Source: Eledone cirrhosa
Lineage: Eukaryota
Direction of reading: 5' to 3'
Assembly: GCA_964016885.1 (NCBI GenBank)
Contig: OZ024744.1
Coordinates: forward strand, 93,744,001 to 93,808,000
DNA: 64,000 nucleotides
A program made the translations under genes and the position numbers. Positions 28,280 through 42,047 of this stretch are shown in pieces; the stretch's first letter is position 1; every line of letters starts with the position of its first letter. Below the pieces are notes generated by a model. The model searched no databases. It was given only the letters and a program-made list of their open reading frames with translations, and was not told where the DNA came from.

Positions 28280-29180
28280 GACCTTCAGTAGACCTAATGG
28301 AGAGACCCTCCCCAGTAAACCCAACAAAGGGACTCTCAATAGACATATCAGAGAGAGATACCCAGTAGACCCAACAGATGGACCCCCAGTAAACCCAACA
28401 GAGGGACCTCAGTAGACATATCAGAGAGATCCTAAGTAGACCCAACAGAGGGACACCAGTAGACATAGAGAGAGATCCTAAGTAGGCCCAACAGAGGGAC
28501 CCCAGTAGACATAGAGAGAGATCCTAAGTAGACCCAACAGAGGGACACCAGTAGACATATCAGAGAGAGATCCTCAGTAAACCCAACAGAGGGGCACCAG
28601 TAGACATAGAGAGAGATCCTCAGTAAACCCAACAGAGGGGCACCAGTAGACATAGAGAGAGATCCTAAGTAGACCCAACAGAGGGACACCAGTAGACATA
28701 TCAGAGAGAGATCCTCAGTAGACCCAACAGAGGGGCACCAGTAGACATAGAGAGAGATCCTCAGTAGACCCAACAGAGGGGCACCAGTAGACATAGAGAG
28801 AGATCCTCAGTAGACCCAACAGAGGGGCACCAGTAGACATAGAGAGAGATCCTAAGTAGACCCAACAGAGGGACACCAGTAGACATATCAGAGAGAGATC
28901 CTCAGTAAACCCAACAGAGAGACCCCCAGTAAACCAAAAAAAGGAACAGTAGACACTACAAAGAGACCCCAGTAGCCCCCCCCCCCCGGTAAACCCAACA
29001 GAAGGACCCCCAGTAGACCTAACAGAGGGACCTCCAGAAGACACTAGAGAGACTCCCCAGTAGACACAACATATGCATTCCGTAGACCTAACAGACCCTC
29101 AGTAGACTCAACAAAGACTCCTAGTAGTTCTTACAGAAGGATTCCCAGTAGACTCAACAGAAGGAGACCCAGAAGACATA
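28280..29180. repeat. Minisatellite of ~21-bp subunits (cagtagacccaacagaggg / cagtagacatagagagaga) in ~43-45-bp higher-order units
   Basis: Direct inspection; lies just upstream of the exon 5 acceptor. Confidence 0.9.
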
Positions 29181-30161
29181 ACTGAGGTGGGACTGAACCC
29201 GAGACCTAATGATTGCCGAGTGAACTTCTAAAACATTCAGACATGCGACATTCACATTTTAAGCTATCAGCCATTAACGGTGTAAGGAGAAAGAAAGTAA
29301 CCCAACCATCATGGATAATTGCTGAGATGTTGAATATAGCCAGAGAAGTAGGGCATGGACTAGTCTTCTCTGAAAGAACTCAATACACACAGAGCTAGAT
29401 CAAATACCACAAAGCATGCCTATAATTCTTGAACTAATCCACCACCTGTGGACTGGTACTTTATTTAATTGACCATGAAAGGATGAATAGTTAAAGTTGA
29501 CATCTCAGGTAGAACTTGAACTCAGAGCATAGACAGCCAGAACAGATACTGATGCTCTAATGATTCCACCAATTCACTGCCATCATCAATACATTCTTAA
29601 TTTTACTCAACATCATAGTTTTTTTACATTGATTTTTTTCCATGCTGGCAATGTTAGGACAGGACTTTTGAAGGCAATGTTTTACAGCCAGATGTCCTTT
29701 CTTTTAGTCACTTCTTATGACATGTAGGGAAATGGGGTCCCTATTCTAAACCGGATACACACTTAGCCACTAAATCTAAAATCAAAATACATTTTTCAAT
29801 ATACACAGTTCTGTATGAACAAGACATGGTCACATGATATGACCCATAACAGGACAATTTGTCTAACCCATACTAGCATGGAAAAATGGATGTAAAACGG
29901 TGATGATGAAACACAACTAACCAGGTTAGAATGTCTAAGAAAACAATTGCTGGACAGATTTTACAGGCAAAGCCAACAATGAGGAGTCCCAGAGTAGACC
30001 CCGAGTAAGATTGTTGGATAACATCTATGTACTCAGCTGGTCTCACTTGGGGATCCAGCCAGATCAATTGGAGGTGGTTGCTTCTGATAGGACCCTCTTG
30101 AAGGCATGTCTGAGGACTCTCTCAAGAATAATTGGACAAAAAAGAAGAATGATATACACAC

Positions 30162-30239
30162 CTATACAATTTAGCTTTATCATGGTACTCATTGTGTTCC
30201 ATGCTTTGTGGCTCCATCGCAGCAACATCAATTATATTT
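30162..30239 (-). CDS. LAMTOR1: LAMTOR1 coding exon 4, NIIDVAAMEPQSMEHNEYHDKAKLY(S)
   Basis: Acceptor ttcttcttctctag, donor AG|gtgtgt, 78 nt, phase 2->2; matches the [26 protein letters not shown] block. Confidence 0.93.
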
Positions 30240-30681
30240 CTAGAGAAGAAGAAAAAAAATAAAAGGTGAAATAGAACAAGGACAAATTCCCAAAGTCATT
30301 TAATTCTTAACTTCATGTAACCACATAAAACCATATTAGCAAAATATTCTGGAAAAGTATAAAACATCACTATGACTGCTTCACAATTTTTATCTCTAAC
30401 ATGGCAAATTTTTACAACAAAATGACCACTAGTAAAGATATTATGAACATTTGTATTAATAAACCTGTTTTTAGATATTTTCTATTAAATCATTATAGGA
30501 TGTTAAGTGTTAATACTTCAACTTTTTAAACAATCTATCCACCAGTAGAGATACTACAAACATTTGAATTAACAAACCCTATTTTTAGATATTTTTGCAA
30601 ACTCGTTACAGGTATTTAAGAGTTAAAATTATATCATCAGTTAACTTCCATTTTCCCTGCTAGCAAGGATTGGATGAAGTT

Positions 30682-30689
<8 letters not shown>

Positions 30690-30732
<43 letters not shown>

Positions 30733-30945
30733 CATATATATATACATATATATACATATATATATACATATATATATACATATATACATACATATATACA
30801 TACATATATACGATACATATATACATACATATATATATACATATATATACATATATATATACATATATATACATATATATATACATATATATACATATAC
30901 ATATATACATATATACATACATATATACATATATACATACATATA

Positions 30946-30997
<52 letters not shown>

Positions 30998-31954
30998 CAT
31001 ATACATATATACATATACATATATATACATATATACATATATATACATATATACATATATACATACATATATATATACATATATATACATATATATATAC
31101 ATATATATACATATATATATACATATATATACATATATATACATATACATACATATATATACATATACATATATATACATATATATACATATACATATAT
31201 ATACATATATACATATATATACATATATACATATATATATACATACATATATATATATACATATATATACATATATATACATACATATATATATACATAT
31301 ATATACATATACATATATATACATATACATATATATACATATACATATATATACATATATATACATATATATATACATATATATATACATATATATATAC
31401 ATATATATATACATATATATACATATATATACATATATATATATACATATATATACATATATATACATATATATATACATATATATACATATATATATAC
31501 ATATATATACATATATATACATATATATACATATATATACATATACATACATATATATACATATACATACATATATATACATATATATACATATATATAC
31601 ATATACATACATATATATACATATATATACATATACATACATATATATACATATACATACATATACATACATATATATACATATACATACATATACATAC
31701 ATATATATACATATACATACATATATATACATATATATACATATACATATATATACATATACATACATATATATACATATATATACATATACATACATAT
31801 ATATATATACATATATATACATATACATACATATATATACATATACATACATATATATACATATACATACATATATACATATATATATACATATATATAC
31901 ATATACATACATATACATACATATATATATACACATATACATACATATACATAC

Positions 31955-31985
<31 letters not shown>

Positions 31986-32128
31986 CATATATATACATAT
32001 ACATACATATACATATATATACATATACATACATATACATATATATACATATACATACATATACATATATATACATATACATACATATACATATATATAC
32101 ATATATATACATATATACATATATATAC

Positions 32129-32159
<31 letters not shown>

Positions 32160-32170
32160 CATATATATAC

Positions 32171-32203
<33 letters not shown>

Positions 32204-32242
32204 CATATATATACATATATACATATATATACATATATATAC

Positions 32243-32273
<31 letters not shown>

Positions 32274-32391
32274 CATATATATACATATATACATATATAT
32301 ACATATATATACATATATATATATACATATATATACATATATATTATATATACATATACATATATATACATATACATATATATACATATAC

Positions 32392-32462
<71 letters not shown>

Positions 32463-32741
32463 CATATATATATATACATATATATATATATACATATATA
32501 TATATACATATATATATACATATATATATATACATATATATATATACATATATATATACATATATATATACATATATATATATACATATATATATATACA
32601 TATATATACATATATATATATACATATATATATACATATATATATATACATATATACATATATATATATACATATATATATATACATATATACATATATA
32701 TATATACATATATATACATATATATATATACATATATATAC

Positions 32742-32798
<57 letters not shown>

Positions 32799-32847
32799 CA
32801 TACATATATATACATATATATATACATATATACATACATATATATAC

Positions 32848-32882
<35 letters not shown>

Positions 32883-33091
32883 CATATATATACATATATA
32901 TACATATATATATATATACATATATATACATATATATACATATATATACATATATATATATACATATATACATATATATACATATATATACATATATATA
33001 TATACATATATATACATATATATACATATATATACATATATATATATACATATATATATATACATATATATATATACATATATATATATAC

Positions 33092-33123
<32 letters not shown>

Positions 33124-33144
33124 CACATATATATATATATACAC

Positions 33145-33197
<53 letters not shown>

Positions 33198-33501
33198 CAT
33201 ATATATATATATACATATATATATATACATATATATATATATACATATANNNNNNNNNNNNNNNNNNNNNNNNNNNNNNNNNNNNNNNNNNNNNNNNNNN
33301 NNNNNNNNNNNNNNNNNNNNNNNNNNNNNNNNNNNNNNNNNNNNNNNNNNNNNNNNNNNNNNNNNNNNNNNNNNNNNNNNNNNNNNNNNNNNNNNNNNNN
33401 NNNNNNNNNNNNNNNNNNNNNNNNNNNNNNNNNNNNNNNNNNNNNNNNNATATATATATATATACATATATATATACATATATATATACATATATATATA
33501 C

Positions 33502-33532
<31 letters not shown>

Positions 33533-33649
33533 CATATATATATATACATATATATACATATATATATATACATATATATATACATATATATACATATATA
33601 TATATACATATACATATATATATACATATATATATACATATATATATAC

Positions 33650-33682
<33 letters not shown>

Positions 33683-33891
33683 CATATATATACATATATA
33701 CATATATATACATATACATACATATACATACATATATATACATATATACATATACATACATATACATACATATACATACATATACATACATACATATACA
33801 TACATACATACATATACATATACATACATATACATACATACATATATACATATATATACATATATATACATATATATACATATATATATAC

Positions 33892-33942
<51 letters not shown>

Positions 33943-34090
33943 CACATATATATATATACATATACACATATATATATATACATATATATATGTATATATA
34001 TGTATATATATGTATATATATGTATATATATATATATGTATATATATATATGTGTATATATATATATATATGTGTATATATATATATATG

Positions 34091-34140
<50 letters not shown>

Positions 34141-34185
34141 CATATATATACACACATATATATATATACATATATATATATACAC

Positions 34186-34216
<31 letters not shown>

Positions 34217-34219
34217 CAC

Positions 34220-34266
<47 letters not shown>

Positions 34267-34502
34267 CATATATATACATATACATATATATACATATATA
34301 TATATATACATATATATACATATATATATATATACATATATATACATATACATATATATACATATATATATATATACATATATATACATATACATATATA
34401 TACATATATATACATATACATATATATACATATATATATATATACATATATATATACATATATATATATATACATATATACATATATACATATATATACA
34501 TA
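30690..34502. repeat. (TA)nCA microsatellite field
   Basis: Direct inspection. Confidence 0.95.
33250..33449. other. Assembly gap (200 N)
   Basis: Run of N. Confidence 0.99.
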
Positions 34503-35332
34503 TAAAAGAGAATGCTCTGAAACTCCCGTACTCCCTTCCCTCCGGGGAAACTCTCGTGGCATCTAACAACATCAGAGACTTGGGAGTAACCGTGGACAGC
34601 AACATAAGCTGGACCACGCATATAAGCAGCAAAGTTGACATGGCCCGCAGAATGTGTTCCTGGATCCTCAGAACCTTCCAGTCGAGAGATTCCCGCACCA
34701 TTATCCTTCTCTTCTCTACTTTCGCCCGACCACACCTTGAATACTGTTGTCCACTGTGGTCTCCCCACACGAAACAAAGTATCATGAAACTTGAAGCTCC
34801 TCAAAGGGCAATCACGAAAAAGATAGATGGCATGTCAGACCTTGACTACTGGGGTCGATTGGAAAACCTGAAACTTTACTCACTCCAACGTCGCCGTGAG
34901 CGTTATATTATCTGCATGATGTGGAAAATGTTCCATCATCACTGCCCAAATGATGTTGGCATCGCCTTCAAGATACACCCAAGGCTTGGGCCCCGTGCTA
35001 TCCGTCCCATTCAAAAATCTAAATCGCAACTCATAACAACAATACGGCACAATTATTTCACCTCAATCGGCCCTGCTCTCTTCAACATCACACCAGGACA
35101 CGTCAAAACAGAAACTGACCACACAAAATTCAAGAAGTCTTTGGACAAATTCCTCTAAGTAATCCCGGACAAACCACCCACACCCGGATATGTCTCCGCA
35201 AACAGTAATTCTCTTCTCGAATGGGCCATGGTGCCCAAATCCTGAATTGAAAGACTTCGCCAGGTGGTGCTATTAAGTTAGACATGGCCTGGGCCAATAC
35301 TGGCCAAAACATTTCAAAGTTATTCAAAGTTA
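34503..35332 (+). mobile_element. CR1-group LINE 3' end, 5'-truncated
   Basis: [39 protein letters not shown] motifs; tail ttcaaagtta x2. Confidence 0.9.
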
Positions 35333-35405
35333 CATATATATATACATATATATATATATACATATATATATACATATATATATATATACATATACATATA
35401 TATAC

Positions 35406-35439
<34 letters not shown>

Positions 35440-35496
35440 ACATATATATATATATACATATACATATATATACATATACATATATATATATATACA

Positions 35497-36200
35497 TGTC
35501 CCACCATACCATGAATAGGTTAGCTATGTCACCTGCAATGCTAACACCAATGGCTGGCCCTCCTCTTGGGCATATGTTCCTTAAGGGTTAGTTTTATACT
35601 GGCCCCCACCGCATGTGCAATCATTTTCTTTAGTTCATTGTGGTATTTGGGGGTCCGTATGGCTCTGGTCCACCCATTCCATCTTTCTGTGTGGGTTTTC
35701 TTGGTCATTGAGGTAATGGTAGGTGGTCTGCCTCTTGCTGGTCTTGTAGGGCACAGGTTGCTAAGGTCATACGTATCTAGATAATCATTACTTTATGTAA
35801 CTTTAAGTAGGAGTCCTAGCTCACTGGTATCAATCCCACGGAATTCAACTTTGCTCTCACTGATCCTTTCTACGCATTTCTCCACAGCAAAATCCATGTC
35901 AATGGATGGATATAGGGACACAACATCCATACTACCTATTACACAGTCTGTTAGGTCCCTAGATCAGTTATTTTCGCTGATTCTGCTGAGGAGGTCCTCC
36001 ATGCTGTCATATATTTGGGGACATTTCAATGTCCATAAGACAATAAGACGAACAGTGACCCTGTCACAGGACCACCAACACGGCCAGTCTGTGGAGCTAA
36101 CATTGCTAGTAACTACAGACTTTCCTACTTCCTCTCCCTGATCATACGCCCCATCATTGAAATGTCCCCAGATATGTGACAGCACGGAGGACCTGCTTCC
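35497..36200. mobile_element. Penelope-like RT fragment related to 47601-49916, with inverted segment 36032-36200
   Basis: Minus part homologous to 48820-49370; plus part encodes GPPTRPVCGANIASNYRLSYFLS. Confidence 0.85.
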
Positions 36201-36514
36201 ATGGGTTAGAGGAGTCGACATGAGACAAATCTACCCAGATTGACCGCACTGTACTTTGCTCAGATGGAGCTATGAAATTTGGCTGGGATTCTTACAGCTG
36301 GATGCCCTATGTGTGTCCCCATGTCTGTGTTTGTGTTTGTTTATTTATGTCCTATAAATCTTTAAAATAAGTACCAGACTTGAAAGAGATAAGTACTTGA
36401 GTTGATATGATCAAATAAATCAAGGCAGTGCTCCAGCATGATCATGACCTAATGATTGAAACCAGTAAAAGAGTAAAAGATTAAATCAAAACACAGGAAG
36501 AAGAAAATATTTAC

Positions 36515-36595
36515 CTTGCTGTTGTCTGGAGTATTCTACCTAGTTTTGATTGCTCATCAACTTTATCTGAATGCTCTCCGCATTCAGTTAAAAAG
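36515..36595 (-). CDS. LAMTOR1: LAMTOR1 coding exon 3, FLTECGEHSDKVDEQSKLGRILQTTA(R)
   Basis: Acceptor tttttcttttcag, donor AAG|gtaaat, 81 nt, phase 2->2; DEQSKLGRILQTTA resembles vertebrate DEQALLSSILAKTA. Confidence 0.92.
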
Positions 36596-36816
36596 CTGAA
36601 AAGAAAAATAAGATATTGCTGTATAAACTTGTATACAAGCTGAGAAATATCTGATTTAAAAAAAAACAAAAAAAAAACAAAGGTAAAATACATTTATATT
36701 CAAGGTCAATATTTTGCCAATATTCACCATCTCCAAAATTCTACATTAAGGAGTTCCTAAAATATTTTTACTTTGAAGGTGAATATTAAACCAGTTTCAC
36801 TTTGGAGGTGAATGAA

Positions 36817-37005
36817 ATTAACAACAAATGAAGACAGTATGGAATTAACAACAGATAAAGACAGTGTGGAATTAGCAACAGATAAAGACAGTGTGGAATT
36901 AGCAACAGATAAAGACTGTGGAATTAACAACAAATAAAGAGTGTGGAATTAACAACAGATAAAGACAGTGTGGTATTAACAGATAAAGACAGTGTGGTAT
37001 TAACA
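36817..37005. repeat. ~27-29-bp minisatellite (aacagataaagacagtgtggaatt)
   Basis: About 6 copies. Confidence 0.85.
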
Positions 37006-37892
37006 AGCAGGGAAAAGCGGATGTAAGATGATGATGATAATGATGATGATATGAAGACAGTGTAGAATTTGCCTGATGAGAAACTGCATTGGACAGTGCC
37101 ATACGTTTCAAACAATACCTTTCTAAGAATATATCAGATGTACATTTAGTGTTTGGCTTCATTAATCAAAGTATCTTATATATTTAATATGGTTCATAGA
37201 ATGTCACCATTCCAATAGCTGCTAAAACCAGAGGTCAATGTTTGATTTAAATGAAATACTGACCTTTGCACTTTGTTCAAAAAATTGAAAACTTTGTAAG
37301 ATTGAATAAAGTATGAAAATCTTTCGTCATTTAGTGTCTGCTTTCCCTGCTAGCAAGGGTTGGATGGGTCTACATAGGCCAAGTCAGTACTGAATCAGGA
37401 TTACAGACCTCCTAGACAATATGGGGGTGGGTGGGACAGGGGGATTCGTACATTACTTACATTCTCAAGTGTCCACCCAACCCTTTGTTCGGCAAACTTC
37501 CTACAGCTGGATACCCTCCATATCACCAACTACTTTAAAGCAAGTACTGAGTGTGTTTACTATGTAAATTTTCAACACTAGGGAGGTTGTCATGTCCTTG
37601 ACACAACTGAAGGGTCATGCCACCTTTTGTTTGGCAAGCTTTCTACGGCTGGATACCCTTCCTATCACCAATCACTAGCATGTACTGGGTGTGTTTATCA
37701 TGCTTTAAACCAAATTACTTAGCTATTGATTAGTAACAAAGAAAAAAAGGAATTGGATTCTGGTTATTTCAAAAAAATTCATTACCATTATCATGTACAT
37801 GCTGACTTTTCCATGCTGGCATGGATTTGAGATGTTTTACAGTCAGATACCCTTCCTGACAAACACTTTTAGTTGCTTCTTATGGCATGCAA

Positions 37893-38150
37893 AGATACAC
37901 TGTGCCTATTTTAAACTAGATACATACAGGGATACAGTGTATGTATTGTAAACCAGATACACACAGGGATACAGTGTACCTATTGTAAACCAGATATACA
38001 CAGACATACAACACAGGGATACAGTGTACCTATTGTAAACCAGATACACACAGGGATACTGCGTACCTATTCTAAACTGCATACCTATTTTAAACTGGAT
38101 ACACTGCCAAACACCACACAGAGGTACTGTGTACCTATTCTAAACAGATA
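37893..38150. repeat. ~36-bp degenerate minisatellite (acacagggatacagtgtacctattgtaaaccagat)
   Basis: Direct inspection. Confidence 0.8.
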
Positions 38151-38238
38151 ATAACCATGCATACATATATATACATACATATGTCAGTACTGAAGTGGAA
38201 TAGCCCTGCTGCAAGATATGGTCACCTGAGCTGACTTG

Positions 38239-38285
<47 letters not shown>

Positions 38286-38289
<4 letters not shown>

Positions 38290-38722
38290 TAAACTGGAGC
38301 AATGTGAAATAAAGTGTCTTGCTCAAGGACACAACACACCGGGTGATGTGTTGTGTCCTTGAGCAAGACACTTTATTTCACATTGCTCCAGTTTACTCAG
38401 CTGTAGAAATGAGATGATAGGGACTGGGGTCCCTATCATTCCACTGCACAGTGGTCGTGGAGGTGCCACGGCAAAAAAGGACCCAGCCCACACTGTAAAG
38501 TGGACGTGTAGGCACCACGGAAAAAAAGCACCCAGCACTCACTGTAAATGAGGTTGGTGTTAGGAAGGGCATCCAACTGTAGAGATCAAGCCAAAATCAG
38601 TTCCTGTATGAGCAAGGCATGGTCAGCCGACCAGACACTGCCCACAACAGGACAACCCGTCTAACCCATGCTAGCATGGAAGAACGGACGTAAAACGGTG
38701 ATGACGATGATGATGATGATGA
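38286..38722 (+). mobile_element. SINE family A variant, headless, with a 52-bp 5' snap-back
   Basis: 38286-38337 is the reverse complement of 38348-38399. Confidence 0.8.
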
Positions 38723-39123
38723 TATATATATATATATATATATAGCTCAGTTAGTGGTAAGTTATATCATTTTCAATCACAGAATTTGATTGGTACTTTT
38801 TCTTCACTTCTTCCAAAAGTGTAGCCTTGTGTGTTCATGTTACAATTCTTTGCTATAGTAGTTCAGTAGTTGTCCATGTTTTGTATCACGAGTACAATAA
38901 AACAATAACTATTACTACACAACAACAAACATATATATATTATAAAGAAGAGAGACGGTTTTATGTGTACGCCCCCTGTTTAGAGGCGGTACACTTAAAC
39001 CCGTCTCTTGTTCATAATATCGATACTCCAGTTGATACCTTATCGATAACATTCTAAGGAATACAAATCATAGAGTGCTTTACGTAAAAAAAAAAATCGG
39101 TGGTTTATCTGATCAACCAACTT

Positions 39124-39175
<52 letters not shown>

Positions 39176-39188
39176 ATTATATACATAC

Positions 39189-39265
39189 CTTCCTGTATGA
39201 AGACTCGGACTGTCAACATTGGCAGGATCTTGGAGCAAACCGTCATTTTCATCTGGTCCACTATA
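39189..39265 (-). CDS. LAMTOR1: LAMTOR1 coding exon 2, YSGPDENDGLLQDPANVDSPSLHTG(S)
   Basis: Acceptor tttacttgcag, donor AG|gtatgt, 77 nt, phase 0->2; contains ExxxLL dileucine motif (ENDGLL). Confidence 0.88.
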
Positions 39266-39447
39266 CTGCAAGTAAATTAATAGAATTTAATTAAAATCAA
39301 TTAACGTGACCATGTTACTCTATGCGGTTATAATTAATTTACTCAGTCAATGAAAAATCCTTTTTGATACATAAAATGTTATTTATACATAAAATATGTG
39401 TTCAAAACGAAATGCGTTAGTTGACAATCGGTTAAAAAAAGGAAGCA

Positions 39448-39710
39448 GCTATGTAGCCGGTAAGAGTGTCAAACACCACGAGTTGCGGTCCGAGTTAAGA
39501 CAATTCGAAATCTTTTCTACCAAGAATTGTTAAAAAAAAACAAGTTTAAATCACTTAGTCGTCCATTCGTAACGTACGTTACGCTTTAGTTACATACACT
39601 TACATCTACACAGAAATACATAAACAGATACAGACAACAGAAATGAAGCGGCTGGTGAAACGCTATAGCGATGTGTGTTGCGTCCCTTTTGGGTTTAGCG
39701 GCTACATAGC
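39448..39710. mobile_element. Possible MITE with terminal inverted repeats GCTATGTAGCCG(G/C)TAA
   Basis: 16-bp inverted match with 1 mismatch; no clear TSD. Confidence 0.4.
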
Positions 39711-41063
39711 CTATTCATTAAAGAAATTGGTCAACAAATTATAAATAGAGAATGGAATAAGAATACATTTGTCAATGTTTTCCATTCTTTATGGGAAGTG
39801 GGCGTACATGTTTCACCTGAATATTAAGTGAAGTTGAAATTAATAAGTTAAAACGGTTTATTAATCACATTTTTGCTGCTAATATTTCCTAATATTATTA
39901 CGTACAAAATAAGCAGGAAAAAACCCGAAAAATAACCCCCACAACATATCCCCATTTCTTTAACTGTCACTGACTAACACCGGATGTTTATTCCGAGCAC
40001 CTATTAAGTATAATTAGATTATTGTTGTTCTTGATGTTGCTGTTGTTTTCTTTATTGTTCTGTTATTTTTGGTTTGTTTTTGTTTTTTTGTTAATAACAT
40101 GACTTCATTATATTGAAATAAACAATGTTCATGAAATTACATAATAGCAAAGTTCACATTTTCTCCCCACAAACAAATAATTGTTTCTATTTTAGGCACA
40201 AGGCCAGCAATTATCCAGTACATTACTGGTACTTTATTTTATCGACCCCGTAAGGATGAAAGGCAAAGTTAACCTCGGCGGGATTTGAACTCAGATCATA
40301 AAGGGACAAACAAATAATGCATGTTTAAACTAAACCCTCCACTGTTCACTGTAAAATCAACAACAGTAATGTTTCTTATTAAATAAAATAAAAAAAATCA
40401 AGAATTTGGAATCTTGTCAACCTTCGGACCGACATATCACTAATATTTTTGTGGTACGCTTCGATTTTAATATGCAACCATTTACGGGGAGACTTTCAAA
40501 CACTGTTTAATTTCCTTTAAACTAAACATAAAACCTAAATAAAATACAAACGTAAATAATAACATAAATAATAATAATTGTTTCTACTTTTGGCACAAGG
40601 CCAGCATACGTAAATAATAATAATTCATACGTAAATAAAAATAAATGTCAATGTTTGTATCACAAATATAATTTAATAAATCTGAAATATATTTATAATT
40701 TTACATTAAATAAAGTGAACCTTGAAGAATTCAATCAACTTTGCAAAAATATGACAGAGAAACAATTTATTTTAAGGCATGCACACATATGTATGTGTGT
40801 GCGTAAATAGTAATTTATATAGAAAATATGTAACCAGCATAGCAAAAAAATTCGAGTACCGATAAATAAATTAAGTAAAAAAAAAAGGGGTGGAGAAGCA
40901 GCAATTTAACCGAAGAATCTTATAATTAATAATAGTAATATAATATAACTTAATTACTATAAGTGAAATTTTCTGAGACGAATCGTTAAAGGTGAACAGT
41001 GAAATCGGTATTTCCTCTCACAAGCACATTAAACAGTGGCTTTAACATTAAATAGAAACAAAC

Positions 41064-41102
41064 CTTGTCTTTATCCTGCTTTTTACTAAAGCAGCAACCC
41101 AT
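41064..41102 (-). CDS. LAMTOR1: LAMTOR1 (Ragulator p18) coding exon 1, MGCCFSKKQDKDK
   Basis: ATG GGT TGC TGC gives the MGCC myristoylation/palmitoylation N-terminus typical of LAMTOR1; donor AAG|gtttgt, phase 0. Confidence 0.92.
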
Positions 41103-41800
41103 ATCTTTAGTTGGTGTTTCTTTTGTTTTTTCTCCTCCGAATCAAGATGTTGTTGTTGTTGCTTCTTCGATGTTCGTTGTATGAATTTTTTTGCGGGGTG
41201 TGAATACTATGCTAAAATAGTCGGCTTATTAAAAACGCACTTCGTAGTAGAAACGAAGATACAAGTACGACAACTATCACATGATAATTTCACAAGATTT
41301 ACGATTTAACATGTAGATTCGCATAATCGACACGATGAATTGTTACTCGCTAGCTATTAAGATTTTTAAAAAAAATATTGCAATTGCTAAAACAAGTGAC
41401 AGAATAAAGACATTAATAAATCTCATCAAATGATGAATTTTAAAACCGTGAAAGAAATGATCGACAGAACTATATTTAGTTTATTAGTTTTCACGAAGTT
41501 AATTAAATCTTCGTTTCGTATTTCATGAACGAATTATCTTCCTTTATTGTATCTAATTGAATGCGATTACCTCCCTTGGTTTATAGGTGTTCGGTTTTCC
41601 TTATTCTTAAGAAAAATATCCTTTTAGTTGTCAACGAGTCAACGATTTTAAATTAATATCCCAAGAACAAAAATTACAATTTGAACCCAACAAACTAATT
41701 TTACATCTCTAGTATTTGGAATAAAAATCCTTTTTCATTGACAACCATTAAAAAATGGCAACGAACTGGACTTCGTCTGCAGTGTGATTTTGTCCTAAAG
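41103..41800 (-). promoter_or_regulatory. Probable LAMTOR1 5' UTR/promoter region
   Basis: Repeat-free, relatively CpG-containing stretch immediately upstream of the ATG; TSS not determinable. Confidence 0.35.
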
Positions 41801-42047
41801 ATACATATCTATAGTACGGGTTTTCCTTCTGTATACCACACCCGGTCATTCAGTTGACTAACCAACGACAGAGCCTGCATGTGGTCGCTCGATTTGGTGG
41901 AAATAGCAAACAAATATACCTCAAATCATCCTCTAAAGTCTACAATGGATAATGGTTATCCTGGATACACACTGCTTGCAAAAGGAAAAACAACAACAAA
42001 AATGAAAAACTGGGTGTTCACGACTGGAATGGTTTTTGATTATAAGT

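Noticed and set aside
28280-29180. CRISPR-like appearance of short repeats (also 42048-42875)
   Set aside because: No unique spacers, no cas genes, eukaryotic context
30637-34502. Very long YI/YM/HI-rich ORFs (also at 47-2500 and elsewhere)
   Set aside because: Translations of (TA)n/(CA)n microsatellites lacking stops; they also cross the N gap
37073-37090. CTGATGA-GAAA hammerhead-like string
   Set aside because: No stem II or stem I
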